From the NCBI RefSeq assembly GCF_009914755.1, contig NC_060933.1: 64,000 bases of DNA; one strand, written 5' to 3'. Each line of letters opens with the position of its first letter. Position 1 is the first letter of the stretch. Under the pieces are notes generated by a model, which searched no databases, was not told the DNA's origin, and worked only from the letters and a program-made list of their open reading frames with translations. This document shows, in pieces, positions 48,041 to 64,000 of the stretch. The stretch comes from the human T2T-CHM13v2.0 reference genome, Homo sapiens. The translations under genes were made by a program, and so were the position numbers.

Positions 48041-48523
48041 ATGTCACCTTATTCTGGCCAAAACTCAGGTCAAACTGTGAAGAGTCTAAATATGAATCTG
48101 CCCTGAAGGGCAGATTCATAGAAGACTCAGGACAGACCCGTAGAAGAGGCCCAAGCAGGCCCTGGAAGTGCACGTGGAGGCCACAAGGTCTCCTACCTTG
48201 ACAAAGATACCTTTGTAGCCACCTTGAAGGGCAGATTCACATTTAGACTCTTCACAGTTTGACCTGAGTTTTGGCCAGAATGAGGTGGCATGAGAGAGCT
48301 GCCCCAAGCCTACTTCTCTTCCCACCTCCAGCTCCATCATATTCCAGAACTCCCACCACCTGCATACAGACATTCAGCTGCACAAGCCCCCTCCATGCTA
48401 CAGTCAACAGGATCTCCAGGCCACGGCTCAAGCCCAGGTACTCACATCAGTGGTTCTATCAACACTCAGGACAGACCCATAGAAGAGGCCCAAGCAGGCC
48501 CTGGAAGTGCATGTGGAGGCCAC
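48041..48523. repeat. Nested inverted (64 bp), palindromic (14+2+14 bp) and direct (60 bp) repeat cassette
   Basis: 48041-48104 vs 48228-48291 inverted, 61/64; 48125-48184 vs 48464-48523 direct, 58/60; 48091-48120 perfect hairpin. Confidence 0.95.
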
Positions 48524-48619
48524 CAGGCAAGGAATTCTGGAGTCCCAGGTACTCATAACTCTGGGTGGCATGGCCCCTTTGCACCATGGACTGTTTGCCC
48601 TTAGAAAGGGATGGATCTG

Positions 48620-48982
<363 letters not shown>

Positions 48983-49087
48983 TCAGTCAAAGAATAACCT
49001 TGGTCAATAAATTGGGTTTTGGGGTCAAACTTGACAACCACATGATGAGCAATTTACGTAAAGTCTTTCTGCCTCTGTTTCATCTTG

Positions 49088-49204
49088 TTTTTTTCTTTTT
49101 TCATCTTTTTTTCCTTCCTTCCTTCCTTCCTTCCTCCCCCCCTCCCTCCTCCCCTCCCCTCCCCTCATCTCCTCTCCTCTCCTCTTTCTTTCTTTCTCTT
49201 TCAT

Positions 49205-49215
<11 letters not shown>
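49088..49215. repeat. Polypyrimidine/polypurine tract (CCTT, CCCCT, CTTT units)
   Basis: About 125 nt of almost pure C/T, continuous with the AluJ tail. Confidence 0.9.
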
Positions 49216-49500
<285 letters not shown>

Positions 49501-49744
49501 TGTTTCTTCATCTTTAAAATGGAGAGAAGATGTATATTCTGTCTTCCTCAAAGGGGTTTTCTGAAAGTGAACTTTGTTGAAACCTTTGAGCTCCTTGGCA
49601 GAATGATGTTATAAAAGCAGAGAGTGTTATTAAAAGGTGTTATCTTTCCTAGCATGATTTTAGAGAGTAATTAGATCTCCCTGACCCTCCATCTCCTCTC
49701 TCCTTCTTCTCCTACCTATTTGAAGTCGACCACCAAAATCATTA

Positions 49745-50008
49745 TTTTTTTTTTAATTGAGATGGAGTTTCACCTTTTGTTGCCCAGGCTGGAGTGCAAT
49801 GGTGCGATCTGGGCTCATTGCAACCTCCACCTCCCGAGTAGCTGAGATTACAGGCACCTGCCACCATGCCCGGCTAATTTTTTATATTTTTTAGTAGAGA
49901 CGGGGTTTCACTATGTTGGCCAGGTTGGTCTCAAACTCCTGACCTCAGGCGATCCACCTCAGCCTCTCAAAGTGCTGGAATTATAGGTGTGAGCCACTGT
50001 GCCCAGCC
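49745..50008 (-). mobile_element. Alu (AluS) with an internal deletion
   Basis: Reverse Alu; TSD ccaaaatcatt. Confidence 0.93.
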
Positions 50009-50469
50009 CAAAATCATTCTTTTTGGAATTTTGAAGCATATAATTCCAAAAGGTATGAAGGTAATCACTTAGATTGCTCTAATAAGGGAATGGGAACAGT
50101 TAAGTCCTATACAAATAAGACAAAGATAAGATACTACAAAAAGGGGATGAGCCCAAGAAAAAAATCAAAGTCCCAGAGAGAGAACAGCCATTGATTCTAA
50201 ATACACAAGTCTATGGCCCCAACCCAAACTTGTTTCACTAAGAACAACCTGTGGTTTCGAGAATCTGGTCATCCCCCACAGTGAATACATGAACACATTG
50301 TAATGTTTGAAATGTTTATTTTTCTTGTTGATTTCTTACTGTTAGAAGAGCTAAGTGATTTGGCCCAAAGTGGCTAAGTGATTCGGCCAGTTTGTACACA
50401 GGGATATAAGTTTGCTGACACCAAGCTCATACTTTACAAATGTAATATCTTCATAAAACAAAAATACTG

Positions 50470-50771
<302 letters not shown>

Positions 50772-51105
50772 CTAAGAGATGCCCCTTGAAAAAGAAGCTT
50801 ACAAGTGTGAATTTTCTTCCCTCCAGCCCTTAGGTTGGTTTGTCTTTTAGTATATTTCAATAAGCTTCCCCCTCCCCATCCCATCCCTGCCCCCCACACC
50901 AACACCAAAACCCCAAGTCCCTCCTCTAGGTGACTCCTTCCAAATACATAGGAAGGCCCTCCTTTGTTGCTGTTTTTCTGGAGAGGCTGATTCTGTAAAT
51001 GTAGCCTGGGTGGCTTGAGGTTCTATTCTGAGATGACCCTGGCATCTTCTAATTACAGAATCAACCTTCAGGCAGCTGTGGCCTTGCAGACTCTGCTGGA
51101 GGTCA

Positions 51106-51783
<678 letters not shown>

Positions 51784-52061
51784 TCAAATTGAGTCAGCTT
51801 AATTCCAATACACAGTTAGACACAGAAACAAATCGAGCAATCAATGGTCAAATAAAAATGTACCAGGAACCATCATTATTTGTGCAGTAGACCGTGTATT
51901 GCAGAGGCTCTCAATCAATTCAATTTAATTGGACCAATGTGATCCTCTTCTGTATTAATGTGGCTCCTGTTGACATGCAAGCAAGATTCAAAATTATTAT
52001 TGCTTCTGGACTTGAGTAAGATGTTTGTTCTGTTTGTCATTGGGATCAAGAGGTTAGCCTT

Positions 52062-52364
52062 GGCTGGGCACTGTGGCTCTGGCCTGTAATCCCAGCACTT
52101 TGGGAGGTTGAGGCGGGTGATCACTTGAGGTCAGGAATTTGAGACCAGCCTGACCAACATGGTGAAACTCATCTCTACTAAAAATTCAAAAAAAATTTAG
52201 CCATGCATGGTGGTGCATGCCTGTAGTTCCAGCTACTTGGGAGGCTGAGGCAAGAGAATTGCTTGAACTGGGAGGCAGAGGTTGCGGTAAGCCAAGATCA
52301 TGCCACTGCACTCCAGCCTGGGTGACAGAGCGAGACTCCGTCTCAAAAAAAAAAAAAAAAAAAA
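52062..52364 (+). mobile_element. Alu (AluS)
   Basis: Dimer; TSD gttagcct. Confidence 0.95.
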
Positions 52365-53071
52365 GTTAGCCTGCTGGATTACAGACAAGTACTGCATATT
52401 CCACTGGATTTCTAGTTGATTAGTGAGTGATAATTCTTTTTAAAAACCACCCTTCCAACCCTCTTTCCTTCAAGCTATCCCCTTAAGAGCCAAACTGCTG
52501 GAAAGATTTCATCTCTACCCCCTCCCTTTTATTAACACCTCACCCACTGCAGTCAAATTTTCACTCTCACAGCTCTGAATCTATTCTGCCCAAATTCATT
52601 AACGACTTCCTTAGAGAGAGAGAGGCCAGGGACGGGTTGGGGGGGCAAATGTGATCTCTTTTTTTCTTTTTCTTTATAAAATATTTTTAACATAGAAAAA
52701 TAAAGAAAAATATCTTAAGCTCAGAAAAACCGCTTAATTGGTGGTGCTGTTGACCTCTTTTAAATCCTTAGGCTATTCAGTCTCTGGTATTTGACACTAC
52801 TGACCACACTTTCCTTCCTGAAACTGATTCCTCTCTTTTATTTCATGAATCTGGTTCTCTTCTGATTCTTCTGCCTCTTTAACCACTCTTTTTCTGACTA
52901 TTGTTTCTTTATAGATCTCCTAATACTGGTTTTCTCTTTTCATTTCTACTTGCTCTCCTCATCAATATTATTCACGCCCTTGGCTTCATTTAAGCCCTGT
53001 ACCGCCAGCTCTTGTCTCCTTGCCAGGCTCACCCACCGTGCGCCCTATGCTGCCTGGTAGAATATCCAGCA

Positions 53072-53870
53072 GCATGGTGTGTTGGAGCCAGCACACAAGC
53101 TCACAAGAGTTGTTTTTGCATATCTCTTTTTGTTTGTTTGTTTGTTTGCATATCTCTACCAGCTAGCTTGAAATCGGCCAACGGCATGAATATTACACCA
53201 TTGGAAATCCAATATAAATCAGTGTCGATGAAAAGAGTAAAACTCTGTAAAATATTTAGAGATTTATGGTGAGCCAAATATGAGTGATCTTGGCCCTCAG
53301 GAGACAGCCCTCAGGAGATCCTAAGAACATGCACCCAAGGTGGTTGGGGTGCAGCTTGGTTTTTAGGGAGATATGAGACTTCAATCAAATAAGTTTAAGA
53401 AATACATTGGTTCAGTTCAAAAAGGCAGGGCAACTTGAAGTGGGGGCTTCTAGGTTATAGATAGATTTAAAATTTTTCTGGTTGACAATTGGTTGAGTTT
53501 ATCTAAAGACCTGGGATCAATAGAAAGGAAATGTCTGGCTTAAGATAAAGGACTGTGGAGACCAAAGTTCTCAGTGTGCAGAGGAAGCCTTCAGGTAGCA
53601 GGCTTCAGAGAGAATAGATTGTAAATGCTTCTTAACAGACTTAAGGTCTGTGTTGATGTTAATGCCAGAGAGGCATAATGAGGCCTGTCCGACCCCCACT
53701 TCCCGTCATGACCTGAACCAGTCTTTCATGTTAAATTTTAAGAGTGCCCTTGCAGAGGAGGAAGTTCATTCAGATGGTGAAGGGGGGCCTCAGAATTTTA
53801 TTTTTGGTTTACATCAGGGTTTTGTTTGGTTTGGTTTTTGTATGGAAAGCCACTTGTTAACATTTATTAG
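53072..53870. mobile_element. MER63-like hAT DNA transposon split by the MER4 LTR
   Basis: ggtgtgttggagccagc...agcttgaaatcggcc...aaatcag on the left and agccacttgttaacattta on the right resemble the MER63 consensus. Confidence 0.55.
53223..53813 (-). mobile_element. Solo ERV1 LTR, MER4 family (MER4A-like)
   Basis: Minus strand begins TGTAAACCAAAAATAAAATTCTG and ends ...CTCTTTTCATCGACA (TG...CA); 4-bp TSD tcag at 53219-53222 and 53814-53817. Confidence 0.85.
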
Positions 53871-54257
53871 GACAAAATTTTGCAGGTCATTCTACAAGTA
53901 AATCCAAAACAAACAAATTTCTTGTCTTTCCTTCAAATCTCCTTCTACCATCTGCCTTTTTAAAAATTTTCATTTAATGATATCATCATCCAGACATTCA
54001 CTATGGGAAATCATAGTCATCCTTGCTTAACTTTTTCATCTGTCTCTATCTTTCTCTTCTCATTTGAAAAAGCACCAAGGTCAGGTCAAGTATACCTCCC
54101 AAATATTTTATTTTTTTAATTCATCATTTATTTTTCATTCCCAGTGTCTAAGTCCAAGCCAAACATCTGGGCTTCTGTATTGCAGAACCTCCAAACTGCT
54201 GTTCCTGTCTCTAGTTTCTTCCCCTTCCTATTTGTCTTCCCTATTGCAGTAAAGTGA

Positions 54258-54635
<378 letters not shown>

Positions 54636-56016
54636 CATCCCTCAAAATTTACTATGGTTCTCCTTTGCTCACAAAGGAAAAATACCCTCAAAGTTCTGTA
54701 AGAAGACCTACAAAGCCTCTGAAAACAAGATATTGGAAGGCCTTTGAAGCCTGATCATATGACCTGCTTCCTCCTCCATCCTCTTCCATCCATCCACACC
54801 CCACCCCTTACTCACCCCCATTCTACCAACTCACGACTCTCATCATACTTTCCCATTGCTTAGAAACGCTTCCTCTCATCTCCACTCCTGTCGTCCTGTT
54901 ATGCTTTTATTCTAGAAGCAGTAGGAAAGAGGGGCAGAAAAAAGAAATTCACTTCCCTCATTAAATGGAAAGTTGTGAGATAGAGGGTATATGAAGAAAG
55001 AGAGAGAGATTTTTAAGTATCCAAATTGATAGGCAAATATTACCCCCAACTCAGATCCATTATCAAGTGTAACAATAGATTCACAGAAGCAGTCAGTACC
55101 CTTAAATTTGCCAAGAAAATAATTGGACTCAGGGGATTAAAAGAAATCAAGTGCTTATTATAATAGAAGTAGTGCATCTGCGTTTCTTTCCTTATTCAGA
55201 GTACTTTTTTGACACTTAAGAATCCATATTCCTGGCTGTGATTTCTGGGATGAGGGACTGTTTTATTTCTTAGCCAGGAGCTTTTCTTTTCTCTGACATA
55301 TTAATAAGAGAGTAAGTCATTAGAAAAAAAAAAATCCTAGGAAATGTTCCAGATACTGTTTTCTATTAGACTTCTAGAGAGACAATCCTCTTTCTCTTTC
55401 AGCATTTTGGGAACGATTTCTTCAGGAGTGCATGGTTTTTCCTTTGTTGCCCTCAATAGTCTGTGTTGTTTTGACCCATCCTTGCCCAGTATTCCTTATG
55501 ACTTCTGGAATTGTCTGGACAGAAGAAATACTTTTGCCTTGTCAAAGGTTAAATGTGGAGATGTGCTATGACCCCACTGTGGGAGCAGGCCTTTTATTTT
55601 CCTTCTGTATCTCCATTCTTCTGGTGACTGACGTCCAGTGAAATTAGAGCAATTTCTTAGCTGGCTACTTGTCCTGGTGTGTAAATTAGTGAGGAATGAG
55701 CTCCATTCATAGAGTCCTGGGCTTGCCACAGAGCTGACCCCAAAGCTGGTTTCCCCTTGAGTGGCTCAATTACCTAACAGAGTTCAACAGGAAGCCCCCA
55801 CATCTGCCTACTCACCACTGGGATTGGAAGCCCTGGACACACTGCCTGAATGAGAACAGAAAGCTAAGTTGGGGGTGCAGTCTTAAGGTATCTAAGGAAA
55901 ATAGAAAAGGAGGTTGGGGAAAAGAGGGAAAATAATGTAATCATACTCATAAAAACTGAGGGTGTTAGTAGGGTGCAAAGAGGCCCAACATTCTGATAGT
56001 TTAGCAAAATGTATCA

Positions 56017-56331
<315 letters not shown>

Positions 56332-56821
56332 CTAATTTTACTTGGAGGAATTTATACTAAGGAAATATCCGATAGTATGGTAAAAAAAACTTATGTTCAA
56401 GAATGTTGTCACTATTTTATTGATGAGTGAACATTTTAAAAATACTTAATCATCTGATAACAATTCTAAAATACACATTGATAAATTCACATGATAGAAT
56501 GTTATATAGCCATGAAAGGTGAAAATAATGTTTTCAAAGAGTTGTGATATAGGAAACTGCTCATGGTAAATGCGAATTGAAAAAAAAAGCAAAGCTATAT
56601 TTATGTGTATGGTTAACATTCAATAAAAAATAACTGTTACTATATTGATAACCTTTTTCATTGAATATATGTGCCTAGAAAAGACTGCAAAAAAAAAAAA
56701 AAAGAAAAAGAAAAAAGAAAAAAAAAATCCCAGATAGGTGCTAACAGCAATCACCTGTGGATGGTAAGATTATAGGTAATTTTTTCATATATGTCTGTAT
56801 TTTACAAAATTTATAAAATAA

Positions 56822-57205
<384 letters not shown>

Positions 57206-57890
57206 TTATATGCTATTTTTAAATTTAGAAAAATGATATGAAAAATAGAGTTTTTCAAAAAAAAAAGAAAAATAGAGTTTGTCAATAATTAGTAGGAGGA
57301 AAGAGTTTATAAATGAAGAAAGGCAAACAAGAAATTAACACATGGAAACAGCAAATCCTAACATATTTTAAAAGCATGTGTACATAGTAACAAAGAACAG
57401 AAGAGAATTTGGAGAGACAAAAATAGTTAAGACAGATTTGATGAGTAGGTAAACTGTAAAAGAAAATAGAATTTTAGACCAATCATAAGAGTTTACTACT
57501 AAATGAAAGTCCTGTGTGTTTAAACCTTTCTGCTTATCTGATCTTCTGACTTATCCTTCTTATCTGCAGATCATATCTGGGTGTCCATCAGCATGTTACT
57601 TCACATCTCTGTACCTCAGTTTATTCATCTTTCAAATGGAAGCAACATATAGAGCTGCCTTATAGAGTTGCTCTGGGTATTAGATGTATAATATATGTGA
57701 ACTGCTTGGTACTGGGCCTGGTATATGGTATGTGCTCAATAAATGATAGTTGTTTATTATTGTCATTTATTATCATCATCATCATCATCATAATTAAATA
57801 TTATTCCAAGCAACAATGTGTTCCTCATAGTCCAACAATAATTTAATAAATGTAACCTTTCCAAAACTCCGATCTGCAAATTTTAAATAA

Positions 57891-58259
<369 letters not shown>

Positions 58260-58608
58260 ATCTCTCATATTTCTTTTTAATTTCCTATCTACTCACCCAA
58301 ATACCCACCCATTTATTAGCAGAAAGTCCAGTATCTCTTTCATGTGATACCTCTCCCTCCTCTTTCTCTCTCTCGCTCCCCCTCCATCTATCAGAATTGC
58401 CTCAAAGCCCTGGGGTTCTAGAGATATGGGAAATCCAATCTGTTCACCATCGTGCACCATATTTTCAGTGGTCAGTTGTGCTGTCACTAGCATACAGTAG
58501 CATCACTGAAGACTAGTTGCACACCAGGGGCCCACTGGCCACACCCAGCTCTCTGACACATGGTTTGGGCTGAAGAGTGTTAGTATTTTGTTTGAAATAA
58601 CCAACTAG

Positions 58609-58921
58609 GGCCGGGCGCAGTGGCTCACACCCATAATCCCTGCACTTTGAGAGGCCTAGGCAGATGGATCACCTGAAGTCAGGAGTTCGAGACCAGCCTG
58701 ACCAACATGGAGAAACCCCGTCTCTACTAAAAATACAAAATGAGTCAGGCATGGCGGCACATGTCTCAGCTACTTGGGAGGCTGAGGCAGGAGAATCGCT
58801 TGAATCCAGGAGGCAGAGGTTGCGGCGAGCCAAGATCACGTCATTGCACTCCAGCCTGGGCAACGAGAGCAAAACTCTGCCTCAAAAAAAAAAAAGAAAG
58901 AAAGAAAGAAAAAAAGAAAAA
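58609..58921 (+). mobile_element. Alu (AluSp-like)
   Basis: ctgaccaacatggagaaacc; TSD gaaata(a/g)ccaac. Confidence 0.95.
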
Positions 58922-58984
58922 CAGAAATAGCCAACAAGTTTGGAAGTGTCACACAGAAATGTTTGTGTTTCTCATTTCTGTTGA

Positions 58985-59435
<451 letters not shown>

Positions 59436-59717
59436 TAATCCCTGTTTTTCTCCAACAGTCTGCCTTACTCCTTTATACTATATGCCCCACCCCGTGTGGC
59501 CCCTTGGCCTAGAAGTTCATGGGGAGTAGGGGGAATTACACGAGTTGACGCTATTATATACTGCACCCTGAAAATGTGATGAGGGAAGTGGCTGAGAATA
59601 TGAGTGTAGCAGGAAATGAATTACCTAAATCTTGGTAAGGCTAAACCTAGCTGATAGTCCTTTTACAATACTATGTAACTAAATTTTCATTTCTGTGTCA
59701 GTAATAAGAGTTGCATC

Positions 59718-60020
59718 TTTTTTTTTTTTTTTTTTTTGAGACAGAGTTTCGCTCTTGTTGCCCAGGCTGGAGTGCAATGGCGCAATCTAGGCTCACTGCA
59801 ACCTCCACCTCCCAGGTTCCAGCAATTCTCCTGCCTCAGCCTCCTGAGTAGCTGGGATTACAGGCACCCACCAGCACGCCCAGCTAATTTTTGTATTTTT
59901 AGTAGAGACAGGGTTTCACCACATTGGCCAGGCTGGTCTCGAACTCCTGACCTCGGGCGATCTGCCCACCTTGGCCTCCCAACATGCTGGGATTATAGGC
60001 ATAAGCCACCGCACCCAGCC
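59718..60020 (-). mobile_element. Alu (AluSq/Sp-like)
   Basis: Reverse dimer; TSD aaga(g/a)ttgcatctttt. Confidence 0.95.
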
Positions 60021-60852
60021 CCAAGAATTGCATCTTTTCTTAAAGACTGTCACCCTGAGTTTCTACTTTTGCTAGTTTGCATCTGATTTTTTTAGGCACA
60101 TGCTTATGATTGTAACTGAACACAACTTGAATCACAAAGCGAAGAAAGACATTACAACCTCTAACAAAAACAACAGTACTCCTCGAAAATCTCACCCTTC
60201 ACAAGTATCAAAGGCATAGTAAATTCAGCAGGGAAGAGTCAAAGAGGTCAGAAGCAACACTCTCTGTTGGTAACTAAAAATGAGACCAAAGATTACATCC
60301 AAACCCATAAGAGCCTGAAGTTTGACCCAAGTCCCTTTGTTTATTGAATGGAACCCTGTAGATAAACAAAGGAAGCAAAATGAAAAACACTTACCACCCC
60401 TTCACTGGGGGTGCACAATAAGACAAAAGCATTCCCAAATGAATCTTCAATGTGTGGGAGAGAAAGAGTTTTGAGTGACCTAAGATTGAATGAGATAATA
60501 GCACCTTATGTTTCTGTGAAATATTTGTCACCTTATATTTCTAGGAAATGACCAGTGTGTCATTCAAAAATGTAATACAATGAAAACGAAGTTTGAAGTT
60601 TCACACTCCTCATTTTCTTAAAACCATGCAAAGGCAAACAGAGATGTGATACTATGAGATTTCAAGGAAACTGCAGAGTCATAGTAATTTGATTCTAAAA
60701 ACAGATGCTTGACAAGAAGTTATATTTAAATCAACCATCAATCTATCAGGACATAATTTCTAAAGTCAGTAATAAATAACCTTTCCATTTCATCCTCCCA
60801 ATCACCATATGCATATAATTATGCTTTATGCTAAACAAGGTACATTATTTGA

Positions 60853-61497
<645 letters not shown>

Positions 61498-62125
61498 TGA
61501 ATTTACATTTAAAATATCAAAAGCAATGCCTCAAAAATGTGGAAGAGTGTTTGTAACCCACACATACTGGAGGGTAAAAATTTAAGCCATGGAAATAATA
61601 TTGTTGATCTCAGCAGTCCAAAAAATATGCAGCTAAATGCTCTCTTTTGTAGTGTATTTTGGCAGGCAATTTTGGAGGACAGGGTACAAGATATTTGAAT
61701 AAGTCTGTTTTGATCCAGGAAAATTTTAACATGGTCTAAAATGCGAACCTTCAAGCTTTACATGAGTTTTTGTAAAAATTAAAATCAATTTTTAAAATAG
61801 ATCAGTAATACATGCTCATAATCAAATGTCCAGACATAACAAAAGTAGAAAGACTATGAAAAAGATACAAAGAAGAAAATGAGAATCATTATAAACCCAC
61901 TTCCCAGAGATAATTCTGTCCATTGTACCTTCTTCTAGAAATTGTTTCTAAACAAGTTTATTCCATATATATTGTTTGTAATCTATTATTTTCACTACAT
62001 TATAGTGGACAGTTTTTCATGTAAACAAATACAGATTTTATCATCATTTTAAATGAATGTATAATATTTCACTGTACCTATGTATCACAACTTGAAAACA
62101 AATTCCTACAGATAGACATTTTGGT

Positions 62126-62258
62126 GTTTTGTTTTGTTTTTGGGACAGGGGTCTCACTATGTTGCCCAGGCTGGCCTGAAACTCCTGGACTCAAGTGTTC
62201 CTCTCACCTCACCCTCCCGAGTAGCTGGGACTACAGGTGCACACCACTTTACCTGGCT
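62126..62258 (-). mobile_element. Alu monomer (FLAM-like)
   Basis: gggtctcactatgttgcccaggctgg...gtagctgggactacagg. Confidence 0.8.
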
Positions 62259-62279
62259 GGTTGTACCTCTTTTTTATAG

Positions 62280-62640
<361 letters not shown>

Positions 62641-62819
62641 CCCAAAGATTCTTTAGCATAGTTTTGCAAAACTGGGATTGCTGAATAATAGAACAGACAA
62701 ACTTTCCGTATTTATAGCAAAATTGCCCACCATAAAACTTGGTATCAATGTGTACTCTCACAAACAAGGTGTTAGAATGCCCAGGCTTTTTCTTTTTTCA
62801 TTTTAAGAGAGTAAAAATG

Positions 62820-63510
62820 ACTTTTTTTCTTTTGGTATACAGTTCTATGAATCTAAACACATGTATAGATTTGTGTTACCATGACCATAATTAGGATACA
62901 GATCCATTTCATCTCCCAAAAAAATTCCCTTGCATGTTCTTTATAGCCACACCCTCTCCACACACCTAAACCCCTGGCAACCGCTGATCTATTCTCTGTC
63001 CCCATAATTTTGTCGTTTCAATAATGTTATATAAATGGAATCCTAGAGTATGAAATCCTTCAGACTGACTTCTTTTACTCAGCATAATGCTTTTGAGATT
63101 TATCCATATTTGTTGCATGCATCAATGGTTCTGGGGTTTTTAATATTATTATTATTATTGCTAAGTAGTATTTCATTACATGGATGTTGCACAGTTGGTT
63201 TATCCATTCACACATTAAAGGACATTTTCTCTCAGTTTTTGGCAGTTATGAATAGAGCTGCTATAAAGATTCACTTACAAGTTTTTTGTGTGCAAGTATA
63301 AATTTTCCTTTTCCTAGCATAAATACCCAGGAGCGAGATTGCTGAGTCATATGGTAAGCACATGTTTAACTTTACAAGAAACAGCTAAACTGTTCTCCAG
63401 GGTGGCTGTACCATTTTGTTTTCTCATCAGCAATGTCTGAGGGTTCCAATTGCCCCATATCCTTTTGAGCACTTGATATTTTCAGTATTTTTTACTTTAG
63501 CCATCCTAAT
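62820..63510 (-). mobile_element. L1MC-like 3' end
   Basis: cccctggcaaccgctgatct, atataaatggaatc, cttttactcagcataatg, attgctgagtcatatggtaag. Confidence 0.75.
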
Positions 63511-63583
63511 AGATATATATGGGTATGAGTAAGCCTAGTTTTTCATCCCTTTTCAACAGTCTTATCAGTCTTTAACTTATGCC

Positions 63584-63586
<3 letters not shown>

Positions 63587-63620
<34 letters not shown>
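63587..63620. repeat. (TA)17 microsatellite
   Basis: Direct reading. Confidence 0.95.
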
Positions 63621-63626
<6 letters not shown>

Positions 63627-64000
63627 ATTATTGTTTTGATTTATATTTTCTTTGATTAAACTGAAAAATAATATGGATTAAATAAAAATAAAGATTAAAC
63701 ATCTTTTCATGTTTATCGGTGTTTAAAATCCAATGTTTATTCTTTCCTTATTTATCTGTTAAAAGCTCTTGTTAAACCAAGTGTTTCAACTTTCTGACTG
63801 TTACATGTGTTGCAAATATTTTTACCAGATTGCAATCTTATTTTAATCTGTAAATCTTTTCCTTTAGGGCGTCTGGCTTTGCTGTTTACAGATTCTTTCT
63901 CCATTTCAAGATGATAGAAATATTCAACTTCAAATTTCTTCAAGCACTTGCATAAATTATTAAGCATTTGACTTTATTGGTACCAGTCCCCTCCACCCAA

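Noticed and set aside
48041-48523. Repeat cassette as a CRISPR-like array, miRNA or foreign insert
   Set aside because: Only two copies of each unit with no regular spacers; the hairpin geometry does not fit a typical pre-miRNA; all parts derive from local sequence.

Overview
Human (primate) genomic DNA containing the 5' end of ABCA1 on the minus strand, plus about 17 kb of upstream sequence. Non-coding exon 1 is 46759-46979 in a CpG island, with a TATA box, the LXR/RXR DR4, GC boxes and an E-box. Exon 2 (22439-22596) carries the start codon at 22504. Exons 3, 4 and 5 are 7922-8015, 3247-3388 and 1859-1977; spliced at canonical GT-AG sites they give residues 1-140 ([22 protein letters not shown]...LQQIKKSSS). 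The gene continues past the left edge. The rest is intron or intergenic sequence with about 44 Alu copies or fragments, MIR/L2/L1M remnants, hAT transposons and a MER4-type solo LTR. Almost all ORFs in the supplied track are Alu-derived or chance ORFs. I see no foreign insert and no convincing new gene system. The best leads are regulatory or structural: a second near-perfect LXR DR4 in intron 1; a nested inverted/direct repeat cassette about 1.1-1.5 kb upstream; an overlapping uORF in exon 2; candidate alternative first exons, including one in intron 3 in frame with exon 4; antisense splice signals spanning the promoter; and an ETS-IRF/ISRE cluster. Repeat boundaries and subfamilies were called by eye and are approximate. 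Anything marked as recalled from the literature needs verification.
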